From: a virus
Reading direction: 5' to 3' (one strand)
Length of the DNA: 64,000 bases
IMG/VR virus record: IMGVR_UViG_3300017992_000023
Location: 4,554-68,553 of that record
Below, one piece after another: positions 20,025 to 32,600 of the stretch. Within the stretch, counting starts at the first letter, position 1. Every line of letters starts with the position of its first letter. The notes under the pieces are model-generated. The model saw only the letters and a list, made by a program, of their open reading frames with translations, ran no database searches and was not told the origin of the DNA. The translations under genes were made by a program, and so were the position numbers.

Positions 20025-22417
20025 TGACTAAGAAGCCGATCTTCAAGCGATTTACGGGGGACAAGAAGCTAGCCCAAAGGTATATGCCTAAGGCTAGATC
20101 GATGATCCGCGAGCTTGAAGAGAGGCCGTTTGATGCTGGATTGCCTGTGAGAATTAATCGCAGGCAATTTGGTGCTAAAGAAGAACAGGCTACTCTGACT
20201 ATCTATGAGCACGCTACTCATTTTGTGGCTCATATTGACGCTGTTCAGAAGGAACAAAAAGAAGGTGGCCGCGGAGGTGTATGGTTAATCCCATACGATG
20301 ATGCTAACTCCGCTGGCTATGATGGAGGGGGAAATCCCGTCGCTCCTAAGACCCTCGTAGATGATGAAGGCAAGTCTTACTACAATCCGCTGGGATCTTG
20401 GGCACATCATTCTTTAGAGCCTAAGAAGTCTACAAGAGGTGACTTCGGTCCGCAAGAAGCTGGGATCCAGCCTACTACAGCTGATGAACCAGTAGACCCA
20501 ACCTATGCCTATTACGTTGTATCTGATCATGGAGTTGGAAGAAGAAACACTACGTTCTCTTACCATGAGCCATCTGACTCTTATCTCTCATGGGAACTAG
20601 GGTGGGACAACATAGGTTATATTGGCTTCAGTATTTCTGAGGTCGAAAATAGAGGCATCAATCGAACATACAGCAACCGGTATTTCCATAATCCTGCTGG
20701 GCAATACTTAACGTGGAATGGGCACTCTCTTGGCCAAGTTCCAACTGAAGGAGCCCACAATGATTTCAGAGCAATACTGGGTGCAAACTTGCTAGGAGGC
20801 GATACAGGATCTCTAACGGTCCTTTTGACTACCATCGAATACTCCAGCAATTTAAATTATACTTATGGCGCATGGACTAATGAAGTCCGTACTCCCATAG
20901 TAAAAGTCTGGTCTAGGAGCTTCCCAGGAAACCTAGAACCTAAGTATAAGTTTCCAGACAACTCTATAGCCACCGAGGAAAATCCAGCTGGTTGGAATCT
21001 TATAGGAACTTTAGAGGTCCCAGCTAAATGGGATTTCCATACCAGACAAGAGTATACTACTGGGCACTTTGGTCAGCCTCATAGAAGCTATTATTATGTC
21101 TGGCCGAGGGTTCATGGTGTAGCAGCCTTCAATGAAGAGCCTGTGAGAGATCCAGAGACTAATGAGATTCTCTACTATGAGATCTCTGGACCTTGGCACA
21201 TGAATGCTATACATGAGTGGGACCTCGGGGATCCTGTTGCTAGGCCCCCTGACTACAGTGAAGATCCTGTAGTGACTGAGTACTCCTTCTGCGGGACCCA
21301 GGTTACTGGTGCTTTTTGGCACTTAAAGATCTCTCCAGATCTACTAGGAATAGTAGAACAAGAATGGGAAGCTGTCATTCATGATATTGACGAGACCATC
21401 ACTCCTGCATCTGAGAGCCCTCTTAGTGAGGGGTATCATACAATTCTCAGGGGAATCAACCCAGGAGATGGGTGGGTCAAAGCAGCTATTGACTATCGAG
21501 GCGGAGAGCGAGTATATCTAGAGGGTAGAGGCTTTGTTGATGATGACTACTATACCGGCAGTCAAGAGTTTACAGCAGCCTTTAATTCGGTAAGCCAGAT
21601 AAGATGGAATGGTCACTCATTTACCGGACAGAGGACTGAGTACTTTGATACTCCCTCTAATCCGCTAATCAACTTGGATCAGTTTGATGCTGATTATAAT
21701 CACTTCGTGATTCAAGGAATAGATCTTCGTTATGACAGGGCATGGGTCACCTCTTATTTTGTAGAGAAAAGATGGCACTGGACTGGAACTGAATTTGATT
21801 ATTTAGATGTCTTTACACAGAAGGCCTCTAATTTCCTTATCGTAGGAAAGGACATCTTGAGAGAAGGGCAGACACCAGAGGATCTGGATATCCCTAATAA
21901 CACGATTATCCATATGTGGGATGAGTTCGATGGGGGCCAGCCCCTCCTTACCCCATATAACTTGAATGGTGACGATCCTGGAACTCCTTCGTCTCCAATA
22001 AACACTCTGAGAGATGCCTGTAGCTCATATGAGACAACTCAGTGGTACTTGCAGAACCAGGAACTTATTTGGCCTATGAGTATGGACCTCTGCTGGAATG
22101 GTCATGATGGATCTACTAGAGATAAGAACATCGAGGGCTTCAGCTATCGAGCAGGGTATCAAACAGATGCTGACAAACTTGTCTCGGCCTGCATAGGATT
22201 CTCTTGCACTCATGAGGGGAATGTGATCCTCGGGAAAAAGAGACAACAATTCGGTTTCTCTACTTTTAGAAATCTACAACCCATATACGGGATTCAGTGG
22301 GATATCTCGGGAGAGAAAGCAATCGTATGGGACACCCTGAACTTTGATACTGCTTATGTGGATACCTACAATATGCCTAGTAATGACTCTGACTGTGATT
22401 GGCTTGGAATGATCTAA
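20024..22417 (+). CDS. Putative tail/receptor-binding protein
   Basis: 797 aa, aromatic-rich beta protein, translationally coupled within the tail module. Confidence 0.5.
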   Translation: MTKKPIFKRFTGDKKLAQRYMPKARSMIRELEERPFDAGLPVRINRRQFGAKEEQATLTIYEHATHFVAHIDAVQKEQKEGGRGGVWLIPYDDANSAGYDGGGNPVAPKTLVDDEGKSYYNPLGSWAHHSLEPKKSTRGDFGPQEAGIQPTTADEPVDPTYAYYVVSDHGVGRRNTTFSYHEPSDSYLSWELGWDNIGYIGFSISEVENRGINRTYSNRYFHNPAGQYLTWNGHSLGQVPTEGAHNDFRAILGANLLGGDTGSLTVLLTTIEYSSNLNYTYGAWTNEVRTPIVKVWSRSFPGNLEPKYKFPDNSIATEENPAGWNLIGTLEVPAKWDFHTRQEYTTGHFGQPHRSYYYVWPRVHGVAAFNEEPVRDPETNEILYYEISGPWHMNAIHEWDLGDPVARPPDYSEDPVVTEYSFCGTQVTGAFWHLKISPDLLGIVEQEWEAVIHDIDETITPASESPLSEGYHTILRGINPGDGWVKAAIDYRGGERVYLEGRGFVDDDYYTGSQEFTAAFNSVSQIRWNGHSFTGQRTEYFDTPSNPLINLDQFDADYNHFVIQGIDLRYDRAWVTSYFVEKRWHWTGTEFDYLDVFTQKASNFLIVGKDILREGQTPEDLDIPNNTIIHMWDEFDGGQPLLTPYNLNGDDPGTPSSPINTLRDACSSYETTQWYLQNQELIWPMSMDLCWNGHDGSTRDKNIEGFSYRAGYQTDADKLVSACIGFSCTHEGNVILGKKRQQFGFSTFRNLQPIYGIQWDISGEKAIVWDTLNFDTAYVDTYNMPSNDSDCDWLGMI

Positions 22418-23517
22418 TGGCAACATATAATGATACAATTGATGAGAACCTAAATACCTCTCATAACTTCTTAGTGGGGTTCAGTGCTGCTGTGTCAGAG
22501 AACCTGGAAGTCTCCACTAGCTTTGCATTAGATCTCTACACACATATCCTAGAAGGGATCAACGCTACCAGCTCTCTTATCTCCTCAGGCTCTTTCTCCA
22601 GCTCTCTAGTGGACAAAGTGACTCTTAGGGATACCATATCCGTTCTATTCCCTATTCTCCTCTCAGATATCATTACAGTGGACGACAGCATAACCGAGCT
22701 TAAGCTACGTCTAGCAGATATCATTGAGTCTCTGAGAGTAAATGATACTCCCAGCTCCAGGGCAACTTTTAATACTGCTCTAGCCCTGAGCCTTGTCATG
22801 ACAGATCTGGCTGAAAGAGGTTGGCGAAAAGAGATCCTGGAGCTTGTCGATGTATATGACGAAGTGGTCGACTTATTCGTAAGATCTGCTATACTTATAG
22901 ATCAAATTGAACTAACTATGGTTCAGAGTGAATTCTTTATTCTCGGAGCTCTAGCTCAAGAAGATCTCACGGCGCTGGATGATATAGACCTACAGTCCAT
23001 TCTGAACAGTGAACTAGTAGACCAATTCCAGTTTGTGGGAGCTATGAGAGCTGATGGGTTTTATAATACCTACAGCTTTAATCCGGAAGGATATGCTCTG
23101 TCCACTTATTCTAATTTTAATTTCAATAGCATTGCTGAGTTCCAGGGGCAATACTTGATGGCCAATAGTGAAGGCCTCTATCAATACGGTGGAACTACTG
23201 ACTCTCTCGTTGATATTGTCGCAACTCTTAAGACTACAGCTATTGACTTTAACACCTCCTCTAAGAAGCAGGTGAAGAAGATGTACTTGGGTGTAACTAA
23301 TGATTGCTCCATCATCTTGAAGGTCCTCGTAGATGGGAAGAGTTCCCAATATTACGAACTGGACTCTAAGACGGTAGGGTTAGACACTCAAGCTATTAAA
23401 ATAGGTAAAGGCCTAGTAGGGCGCTACTGGCAATTTGAATTGATTACTAAAAACAACTCTAGCCTCGAACTTGATGAGATCGAGTTTATCCCCGTTGAGT
23501 TCAGGAGAAAGATTTAA
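22417..23517 (+). CDS. Virion structural protein with N-terminal repeats
   Basis: ATG overlapping the upstream stop; periodic D/E-hydrophobic repeats; C-terminal Y.NFNFNS...GKGL.GRYWQF domain. Confidence 0.6.
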   Translation: MATYNDTIDENLNTSHNFLVGFSAAVSENLEVSTSFALDLYTHILEGINATSSLISSGSFSSSLVDKVTLRDTISVLFPILLSDIITVDDSITELKLRLADIIESLRVNDTPSSRATFNTALALSLVMTDLAERGWRKEILELVDVYDEVVDLFVRSAILIDQIELTMVQSEFFILGALAQEDLTALDDIDLQSILNSELVDQFQFVGAMRADGFYNTYSFNPEGYALSTYSNFNFNSIAEFQGQYLMANSEGLYQYGGTTDSLVDIVATLKTTAIDFNTSSKKQVKKMYLGVTNDCSIILKVLVDGKSSQYYELDSKTVGLDTQAIKIGKGLVGRYWQFELITKNNSSLELDEIEFIPVEFRRKI

Positions 23518-25379
23518 TGGGAACTTACAACTACGTACCAATCGTAAATCCTAATATTGACATTACGTCGGCTATCAATAACGCCAATAATGCCTATAGG
23601 ACTGCGATTGATTTCTTAGATGAGCTGGACAACTACATTCCAATGTCTAGCTATGAGATTGCAGAAACTGCTTTCGATGGGGTTACTCCACCTGTAATTG
23701 ATTTTGATCCGGGGGAGACACCTGATGCTCCTGACCGAGATATCCAGTTTGACCCTAATTTTCCGTCAGTACCAAACCTGACTGAAGTAGACAAGTCGGG
23801 CCTTAGTGTAACCGTTCCCACTTTCACAGGCACGGCCCCGGTTCTAGACGACATCGAGAATCCTGGTGCTCTAGACGTGTCTGCTCCAGGAGATGCTCCA
23901 GATGTTGACTTTAATTTCACAGATCCTACCAGTCCTGATTACACTCTTCCTAGTGTTCCGACTTTTCAAGAACTGGACATACCTTCACTCCCTACAATCA
24001 CACAATACGAGTTTACTGCCGACGCGCCGACTGACGAAAACATTCAGATACCAGGAAACACATTTAGCTTCTCGGAATCGGAATATCACTCGAATCTAGT
24101 TGATGCAGTAACAGCAGAGCTTATTGATCGTGTTCAAAACGGTGGAACCGGGCTAAACCCGACCATCGAGAATGCTATCTGGGAAAGAGCCAAAGACCGA
24201 GAAGAAAAAGAGTCGATGAAGACCATTGACACCATTCTATCTAAGAATGCTAGTCGTGGCTTCCAACGTCCTCCTGGCTCCGTCCTTGCAGCTATTGATG
24301 AGGCTACCCAAGAAGTACAAGGCAAGATTGCTGATCTGTCCCGAGAGATTGCTATTAAGCAAGCGGATCTAGAGCAGTCCAATATCAAGCATGCTATCGA
24401 GCAGGCTATTGTTCTAGAGCAAGTCCTGATTAATCTTCATAATGATGTTCAGAATCGAGCCCTAGAAGTCCAAAAGTATATCCAACAGACAGCTATCGCT
24501 ATTTTCGAGGCATCTGTTCAACAGTTTAGTGTTCGTCTTCAGGCTTATAAGACTGCTGCTGATGTTTTTGAAACGCAAGTTAGAGCAGAACTTACTAAAG
24601 CTGAGGTCTATAAAGCACAAATAGAGGGCGTAAAAGCCCAAGTAGACATCAACGATTCTAAGGTTAGGCTCTATGTTTCCCAAATCGAAGGCATTCGCCA
24701 GATTGTGGAGATCTATAAAGCTGAGTGGTCGGCTGTTGAAACTAAGGTTCGAGCTGAAGCTGCTAAGCTGGAAGGTTTCCGATCCCAGGTTGATGCTTAT
24801 ACAGCGCAGGTTGGAGCGTATCAGGCGGAAGTAGGTGCATATGCTGAGCGAGTTAAGGCAGAAGTCGCTAAGGCAGACGTCTTTGACTCTCAAGTAAAGG
24901 CATACGCATCCCAGGTTCAAGCCTATGCGTCCCAGGTAGATGCTGGAAAGGTTATTGCAGATACGGATATTGAAGTCAATAAGCTAACCCTACAACACAC
25001 TCTCGGCAAGATTGAAGCTATTGTGAAGAATACTCAAGCACAAGCAGCTGTCTTTAACGCCGAGGTAGATAAGTTCCGCTCTGAAGTACAAGCGTACTCT
25101 GCAGACATCTCCAAAGAGGAGGTCCGTTCTAGGGTTCTCCAGAATATCTTTGAGTTGCAGCTGCAACAAGCCAAGTACAAGGCAGATGTGGATCTCAAGA
25201 ATACTGATCAAAACATCGCTAATGCTCGTAATGCCGCAGAGCTTCTACTAGAGAAACTGAAATCTGGAGCCTCTATTGGCTCTGGTCTGGTAGCAGCCTC
25301 TATGAGCGGAATCAATATGAGCCTGAGCGAATCTCTGAGTGCAAGCCACGTAGAGACACATACATACCAGGAGAAATAA
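23517..25379 (+). CDS. Putative internal virion/ejection protein (Pro-rich N-terminus, long coiled coil)
   Basis: 620 aa; A.RGF..PPG motif; AYASQV-type repeats. Confidence 0.6.
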   Translation: MGTYNYVPIVNPNIDITSAINNANNAYRTAIDFLDELDNYIPMSSYEIAETAFDGVTPPVIDFDPGETPDAPDRDIQFDPNFPSVPNLTEVDKSGLSVTVPTFTGTAPVLDDIENPGALDVSAPGDAPDVDFNFTDPTSPDYTLPSVPTFQELDIPSLPTITQYEFTADAPTDENIQIPGNTFSFSESEYHSNLVDAVTAELIDRVQNGGTGLNPTIENAIWERAKDREEKESMKTIDTILSKNASRGFQRPPGSVLAAIDEATQEVQGKIADLSREIAIKQADLEQSNIKHAIEQAIVLEQVLINLHNDVQNRALEVQKYIQQTAIAIFEASVQQFSVRLQAYKTAADVFETQVRAELTKAEVYKAQIEGVKAQVDINDSKVRLYVSQIEGIRQIVEIYKAEWSAVETKVRAEAAKLEGFRSQVDAYTAQVGAYQAEVGAYAERVKAEVAKADVFDSQVKAYASQVQAYASQVDAGKVIADTDIEVNKLTLQHTLGKIEAIVKNTQAQAAVFNAEVDKFRSEVQAYSADISKEEVRSRVLQNIFELQLQQAKYKADVDLKNTDQNIANARNAAELLLEKLKSGASIGSGLVAASMSGINMSLSESLSASHVETHTYQEK

Positions 25380-25380
25380 T

Positions 25381-26595
25381 ATGGCTCTATCTGATTATGA
25401 AAAAGAGCTAGGTAAACGAGCTAAACTTGCTAGCCCTACAGTTACTGGACAAGGTAATCCAGATGAGCTGAGAGAGCTCCCTTCTCTTGTTAAGAAAGGC
25501 CTTAAAGCAGCAGACAGAGGGATTTCAGCAGGTGTCGCTGGTCTTATTAGGCGAGCCGTAGGACAAAATAAACCCCCCTCTACCGTATCCCCCTCTCCCG
25601 TAGGCGGGCCTGATGCTCAGCGTACAGCAAACATGAACGAAAAAGCTGGGGGAGCTGGCGGTACTGCTGGAGCTGATGCTTCTGGTACTGGTGTAGGAAC
25701 TGTTGGAGCTTTTGATGTAGCTGCTGCTGCCCGTCCTGCGCAACAACTTATTAAGAATACCCAAGCTCAACGAGAGTTTGATAATCAGCCGATGAAGCGC
25801 TCCCAAGGTGCTTTTCGCACTGATGGAACTGCTCTAGGCCAAACTGGTGCTGGGACCTTTAATACCGTTAGTGGAGTCACCTCAACTGATACTGGGCCTG
25901 CGCTGCAAGCTGCTAAGTTAGCTGCAGTTAGACGTGGAGAATCTCTTGAGCCGACTCGACGTGCTTATGCCCCTGATGCTACTCAACAGATTCGGGAGGA
26001 AGCTAAAGCTCGTCAAGCCTTCTATGATGACATTCTCTCTAAGGCTGGTAGAGGCCCCGGTGGGGAGATTAGCCTTCGAGCTGCTTTGGGGGTAATTGCT
26101 CAGATGGAGGGTCAACGTCTTCAGTCCGAAGCTAAGCTCCGCGGACAGGACATTACCTTCGATACCGCTACTGCTGATAGAGAGCAGCAAGCGGAAATTG
26201 CTTTCAACCGTCAGCGGATCGAAGAGGTTCTTGGTCAGCTTGGCCTCCAGTCTGAAGCTGCTGACCGGGCCTCCCGTGAAGGTCTCGCCTCGGAGGAACT
26301 GGCTCAGCGAGCTGCTCAATTCGAAAAGACTTACGGACTTGAACAAGGAGATCAAGAGCTTCAGAGGACTCGACTCGCCGCGGAGACTGCTGCAGCTGGT
26401 CAGAAGGCAGTGACTGATCTAGCAGAAACTCGTCGCAAAGCAGAGAAAGATCGAATCGACGCTCTAGCGAAGCTTTCTGGGTTTGCCACTGGTAAAGATA
26501 TTGAAGGCATGCCTGTCGCCTCACCCGAAGTCTTTAAACTCTTGGAACAATTCCTCTATCCTAGTGATAAGAAGAAACTTGGTGATGAGAAGTAA
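25381..26595 (+). CDS. Putative internal virion/ejection protein
   Basis: 404 aa, A/G/Q-rich, LRGQDI motif, helical. Confidence 0.55.
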   Translation: MALSDYEKELGKRAKLASPTVTGQGNPDELRELPSLVKKGLKAADRGISAGVAGLIRRAVGQNKPPSTVSPSPVGGPDAQRTANMNEKAGGAGGTAGADASGTGVGTVGAFDVAAAARPAQQLIKNTQAQREFDNQPMKRSQGAFRTDGTALGQTGAGTFNTVSGVTSTDTGPALQAAKLAAVRRGESLEPTRRAYAPDATQQIREEAKARQAFYDDILSKAGRGPGGEISLRAALGVIAQMEGQRLQSEAKLRGQDITFDTATADREQQAEIAFNRQRIEEVLGQLGLQSEAADRASREGLASEELAQRAAQFEKTYGLEQGDQELQRTRLAAETAAAGQKAVTDLAETRRKAEKDRIDALAKLSGFATGKDIEGMPVASPEVFKLLEQFLYPSDKKKLGDEK

Positions 26596-26607
26596 TAGGA
26601 ATAATAT

Positions 26608-29600
26608 ATGGCCCTTACTGAAGCTCAACTTAAAGCTATTGAAGAGTATAATAAGTCTCGGACCTCTTCACCAAAGCTAGGTCAGACTCAAGACACTCGT
26701 TGGGAGTTTACCAAGGGTGTCTCTTCTGGTATTGATCAACTACAGGGCATGGGCTACGGCCTAGCTGCTCTTGCTGGTGATGCTATTGGGTCTGAAGGCT
26801 TACGTGAATTCGGCTTAGAGGGATATGAAAGGAATGTCCAAGAAGCCCAAGAGAATGCTCCTCGTATAGGTCGAGTTGAAGACGTAGAGAGTTTTGGGGA
26901 CTTCACTGATCTGGTCTCTGGTACGCTTGGCCAATTGGTTCCAACTGCAGCTGCTATGGCTACTGGCGGCGGCTTGGCTGGTATGGCTGTTAAGTCTGCA
27001 GCTAGAAATCAAATAACCAAGCTAGCTGGAGAAGCTCTCGCTAAGAGAGTCGCTCTGGCTCAAACTGCTGGTACCTTCGGAGCCTCTATGGGGATGGCAA
27101 CTGGCGGCATCTATGGCGATGTAGCTTCTGAAGGAGCTGAAGGGGCTGGTGCTATTCTGCCAGCTTTGGCTGGTGGTGCTGCGTCTGGCGCTTTAGATGC
27201 TCTCCCTATTCTACGTCTTGGTAAAGCTTTTGGGTTCGGTGGTGAGCTGAAGAAAAAGATTGTCGGGAAGATAGGCGAGCGCATTGCCAAAGAGGGCGGA
27301 AAGCAAGCATTCATCGAGGGTGGGACGGAAGCACTACAGTCTACTATTGAAGAAGCTACTAAAGCCTTTATCATGGAGCGAGGTCTCCCAGATGATATGG
27401 GATCTATTCTGCTTAACTCTGTTGTCGCTGGCGCTATCGGTGGTAGTGTTATGGGTGGCGCTACTGGTGCTATCGCTGGTGAGTCCCCTCCTCCTGGTCC
27501 CATCGAGAAAGCAGCTCAAGGGCTGGAGAAGCAAGTAGAAGAAGGTAAGAACCCAGTATCTGGTGAAGACTTTGGATTCTCTGATATTGCCGCTGCATCC
27601 AATCAACTGCAGAGTATTGACCAGCAAATCAAAGCAAACCCCAATGGCCCTATGGCTTCTAAGCTTCGTGAGAAAGCTGGTGTAGTCTTGGATGAGATCG
27701 CCAATAAATACATCCTGGGCGAGACCGATGCTGAGGGTAAACGAGTAGAGCCGATTAAGGTCGCCAAGATGGAAGCCGAGGATCTCATCAACTTCTACCG
27801 AGATTATGTCGGTGGAGGGGAGATCGAGATCGGCGGAGTAGCTCCCGAGACGAATGAGCAACGTGAAGCTCGACTAGCCGATGAAGAGGCTGCTCGTGTT
27901 GGTAAGGCTGAGCGTGAACAAGGCACTATGGCTGAGGGCCCTCAAAATATTGCTGAGGAAGAGCGTGAGGCTATGAACCAGCAGCTCAATGCAGAAGCTG
28001 CAGCCCAAGTAGAAGAAGAGCAAATCCTCCAGGCCGAGACTGAGAAACTAACTAACGCTATTGAGGAGAGAGCTGAGGAGATTGTTAATCCTACCCCAGA
28101 GCCAGAGGCTACCCCAGAGCCAAAGCCTGTTCCTGAGGTAGAACCGGAAGATCCTATCGAGCCAGAAGAAGTTGCGGAGACTGTTCAGGACACTAGTGAC
28201 GAGGATGTCATTCGTGAACTCCCTGAGTTTATCCCCCAAGAAGAAGCCCCGGAAGTAGCAGCGGAAGCTGAAGCACAAGCTGAGATCGCCACTGAGCGCC
28301 GAGAGCCTGAGATTGAGAAGGCTGAAGCTATTGCTGTAGAGGCTAAGATTGCTGAGCAGACTGAAAAGGACCTCGCAGAAAAAGTAGCTGAAGACAATCA
28401 GAAGCTGGAGGAAAGCCTTCAGGTAGTCAGAAATATGGCCTCCGAAGGAGCTTCTATCGAATCCCTTAACAAAGCTCTTGACCTTATCTCACAGAAGACT
28501 GGTAATCCAGATGCCCGTGGGATGGGCGAGGCTATTATCATCGAAGAGATGAAAAAGCGTCAGGAGAATTACAATAAGTGGGCTGAGTTCTACCGGTTGT
28601 CTGAGAAGCCAGTAGACTCTTTTACAGGTACTCCGCCGGTTGGTTATGTCTTTGGTAGCGATTATGTTCCTAGTAAGTTCTGGAATGCTCGTAGAGTAAT
28701 TAAACCTGATGAGTACATGGATGGTGTCCGTGAAGACATGGAGAAAAACTTCGGCCCCGATCCCTTTAAGAAGGAAGCTAGTAATCTTGCAGACAAAAAA
28801 GCAAAGACAGTTCAAGAACCTGCCCTTAGTGATTCTGAAGCGGCAGAAGGTGGCCAAGTCCAAGAAACGATGGAAGACCGAGACGCAGAGAGAGCGCGAC
28901 GCCTTCCAGAGCTAACAGTCCCGCAGATGCGTCAGCTTCTGAAGGAAGCCAATGTCCCTGGACGCTCTAAGTTCAAGAAGAAACCTGATCTCGTTAATGC
29001 TGTCCTTGAGAACATTAATGGTCTTGAGACGACTATTGATGAAATGCTTTCGTTTAAGAAGGGCGCTAAAAAGCCTACAGCTAAGGCCACCCTAAAGAAG
29101 CAAAAAGAAGCTAGGGATGCACTAGAGGCTAAGCGCGAGCGTGAAGCTGCTCTGGCTGATGACCCTCTAGCACAAGCTGCTATGGAAGAGGGGATCGATA
29201 TCCCCGAGGTTACCAGAGACGGTGAGAATATCGGTAAAGAAGAGCTCCGCAAGATGGAGCAAGAGATGCTTGACCTTGAACGGGGCCAGGATGACCTAGC
29301 TGGAACAGGACTTGAAGATTTCGGATCTTATGATGAGGATCCATTTGAGTTCAGTGTGACTGAAATGGGTAAAGGGATGGAGTTCACCAAAGCAAAAAAT
29401 ATTGCTAAGGGAGAACTAAGACAAGTCCTTGAGTCCTCTGAATACAACGAACATCAGAAAGAAGTCGCTGAGCGGATGATCAGGTACATTGATGAGAAAC
29501 AGATGATCCCTGACTATAAGCTCTATATAGACATGCAGTCTGATGCAGCTCGTGATGCTATGGGGCTAAATGCTCCTAGTGGGAGCCTTCCCCAGCTAGA

Positions 29601-32600
29601 GGGGAGGGAGGTCCTACTTAATGACAATCCGCTTTTCAAGTACAGACTTACGGGACAGTGGAAGAAACGAGCGGGGCGGTATGTTCTCCAGGGTATTGAT
29701 CAGAAGACCTCACAAACTGTTTGGACTACTGCAGGCTCGTTGGGCCTTAACTCTGAGGTGGATGCCCTTATTCGTCGTTCTGAGATGAAGGTTATCAGAG
29801 ATTTCGAGAAGAGTCCCGCTCGTACTGCTGAAAGCTTTTCCCGCTCCATTCTGGAGCAACGTCTACAGTTCGGTGTCCGCGGAAACTATATCCCTGGTGA
29901 CACTGAGTTCGCTAAGAGATACGAAAAGCGCATCAAAGAACTGGAGAAAGATTTCTACAACTGGGTATCCAAGCTGAAGATTCCATCGGGTGAGATTAAG
30001 TTTGTCTTCATCAAAGATATGAGTGATGCCCCAGATAGTCTAGGTCGCAAAGCCACTCTTCCTGTAGAGCTTGGCTACGGTGGAATGCATAGAAGTAAGC
30101 CCGGTGCTCCTACCGAAATCTACATGAACCCACATAACTTTGTTCTGTATCAAGACTACAAGAAAGAATTCTTGGGCACCTTCCTGCATGAACTAGTAGG
30201 TCATCATGGTCTTCGCAGGCTCTTCGATTCTATCGGATTCAATTACGCTAACGGCGGTATCTCTAAGTATGACGATTTTCTTGATCGTATTGCTGACACT
30301 AATAGAGAGATTCTAGAGAAGGCTCTGGATCTCCGTTTCCGTTGGGATAAGATTGACCTGAAAGGTGGTCGACTAAAGGGTCAGAAGGGCTCTGGTATCC
30401 GCCCTTATACAGTAGTGGGTCAGGATGGGAAGACTAAAGAGACTATCTATGTCTCCAATGAAGCACGTCGTCGTCTCCTAGACGAATATATTGCTGAGCG
30501 AGCTAAAGAGTTCAGTGATCCTAAGCTCCGTGAGAAATGGACGAAGGGTGAAGAGAGCCTCATGAAAAGGTTGAGGACCTGGGTTAAACACAGACTTCGC
30601 ACTATCTTTGGAGAGCATAAAATCACCGATGAAGATCTGATGGCTATGGTTGCTCAATCCTATGAGAACCTATATGGCCAGGGCGTTGCTTTGCCTAATG
30701 CAAAGGGCAAGAAGAAGCTGATGGTCAAGCCTCGTCTTGAAACTCTTGCCCAAATGACTGAGCAAGATGTCGGGTATGATCAGTTTTCTCCAGCTGAATC
30801 CTATAATGAAGCAGCAGATAATGGAGATCTTCCTCCGCGCACTAAAGAGGAGGCCTACCAAGAACGTTTGGAAGCTCTAAAGCAAGCAGCTGCAGAGGGT
30901 ATGAGTATTAAAGAGATCACAGCTGCTGATGCTGTAATGAATAGTGGGTACGCTGATGTCACCGAGAATGCTTTCACTTCCTATGGAATCAAGGTATGGC
31001 GTAAGTTCCGTAATGAGTTCACCCCAATGTACTCTTTCTTCAATGCTGAGGGAACCCTTCGTAACCATAAGATGAAGGAGGCAGTAGCCCAGAAAGTCTT
31101 GGGAAATATTGAGCGTACCAATGTTCTGGCTCGTAAAGCCCAGAAGGTCCTGAAAAACCTGTCTCAGCAACAGAAGCGAGTTGTGATGGAGTTTATGCGG
31201 AGTGACCGTATCAATGTTGAGGATATCAATCTAACCCAGAGCCAAAAAGACGCACTAGTATCTTATAAAGAAGAGATCAGTAAGTTCGGTGAGCGTCTGG
31301 TACGGATTGGTAAACTAGATCCTGAGACTTACCTCGCGAACCAAGGAAAGTATCTACCAGCTCGATACATGTTGTATGCATCTCGTGCTATGGGTTCTGG
31401 GCGTAAAGCTTCTCCCTTAACTTACCTGATGAAGAAAGCTCCAGAGCTGACTGCTCGTGATAAAGCTATGCTTGGTGAATTGCAGAACCCAGAGTTCATT
31501 ATTCCCGAGGCTCTCAGCCTGATTGGTCGTGACGTTGCTCTCCTGGAGTATACACACCTAATAGGGAAACTCTCTTCAGAGAAGGATCTCGGATGGGTGC
31601 TTGGAGACAATAAGATCGAACAGTACAATACTGGTAAAAAGATTACTATTGATCGTGCAGAAACACTGGTAGAGAGCTACCGAAAGATTCTGGAAGATGT
31701 ACGCAGAGGTGATCTGACCTATGAACCAGAACATGTAAAAGCGCTAGAAGAGGAGTTGGCACATACTGAGAATGAACTCAAGAAGTACAATGAAGCTCTA
31801 GAGGCCAAGATTAAGTCAGAGGTTGGCCTGCCCCTTGACCAACCATTCCCGGCTGATGAGTTCAAGAAGGCTGTGTCTCATGCCTATCGAAAGATGCCTA
31901 TGGAACGAGGCTATGGAGATCTGGCTGGGCGTTGGGTACGTAAAGAGATCTATGATGAGTTCACAGAGACCACCTTTGCTATCGAGGATATGAATGGTCT
32001 AACTAAAGCCCTGGCTCCTGGCGGTAAGATGGACAGAGCTAACCAGCTTTGGAAACTGTCGAAGGTCGTCTTGAACCCACCTTCTTGGTTCCGTAATGCT
32101 ATCGGTAACTTTGTATTGCTGGATATAGCCTCTCCTACTAATTCTCTGAAACTCATGAAGATGTGGGTCGAAGAGTTAGTCAAGGTCTATAAGGGCAAGC
32201 CCTCTGAGTATTGGGCAGCCGCTCATGAACATGGTCTATTCGGAACTACCTATAGCTCCAGCGAGATCTACCTACTCTCTGAGATGACCAATGCCACTCA
32301 CGCAGCTAAAGTCGCTAGAGAGATGCAGAATCTAGAGGGATCCGTAAAGTCTCAATGGCTTAAAATTCAGGGGATGATGCTAGCCACTGGAGAGGCTGCG
32401 GCTAATTTCTATGGTGGACTAGAAGGTGTTTCCAAGGCTGTAGCCATGAGGGATTACATTGAGCGCTGGACTCGTGAGAACGGTGTAGATAGCCTGAAGA
32501 GTCTTGACCAAGCTCAACGTGATGCTGTTATGAACAGGTCTGTTATCCACGCTAATGAGGCTATCTTTGATTACTCCAATGTGACTGCTTGGTTTAAGGA

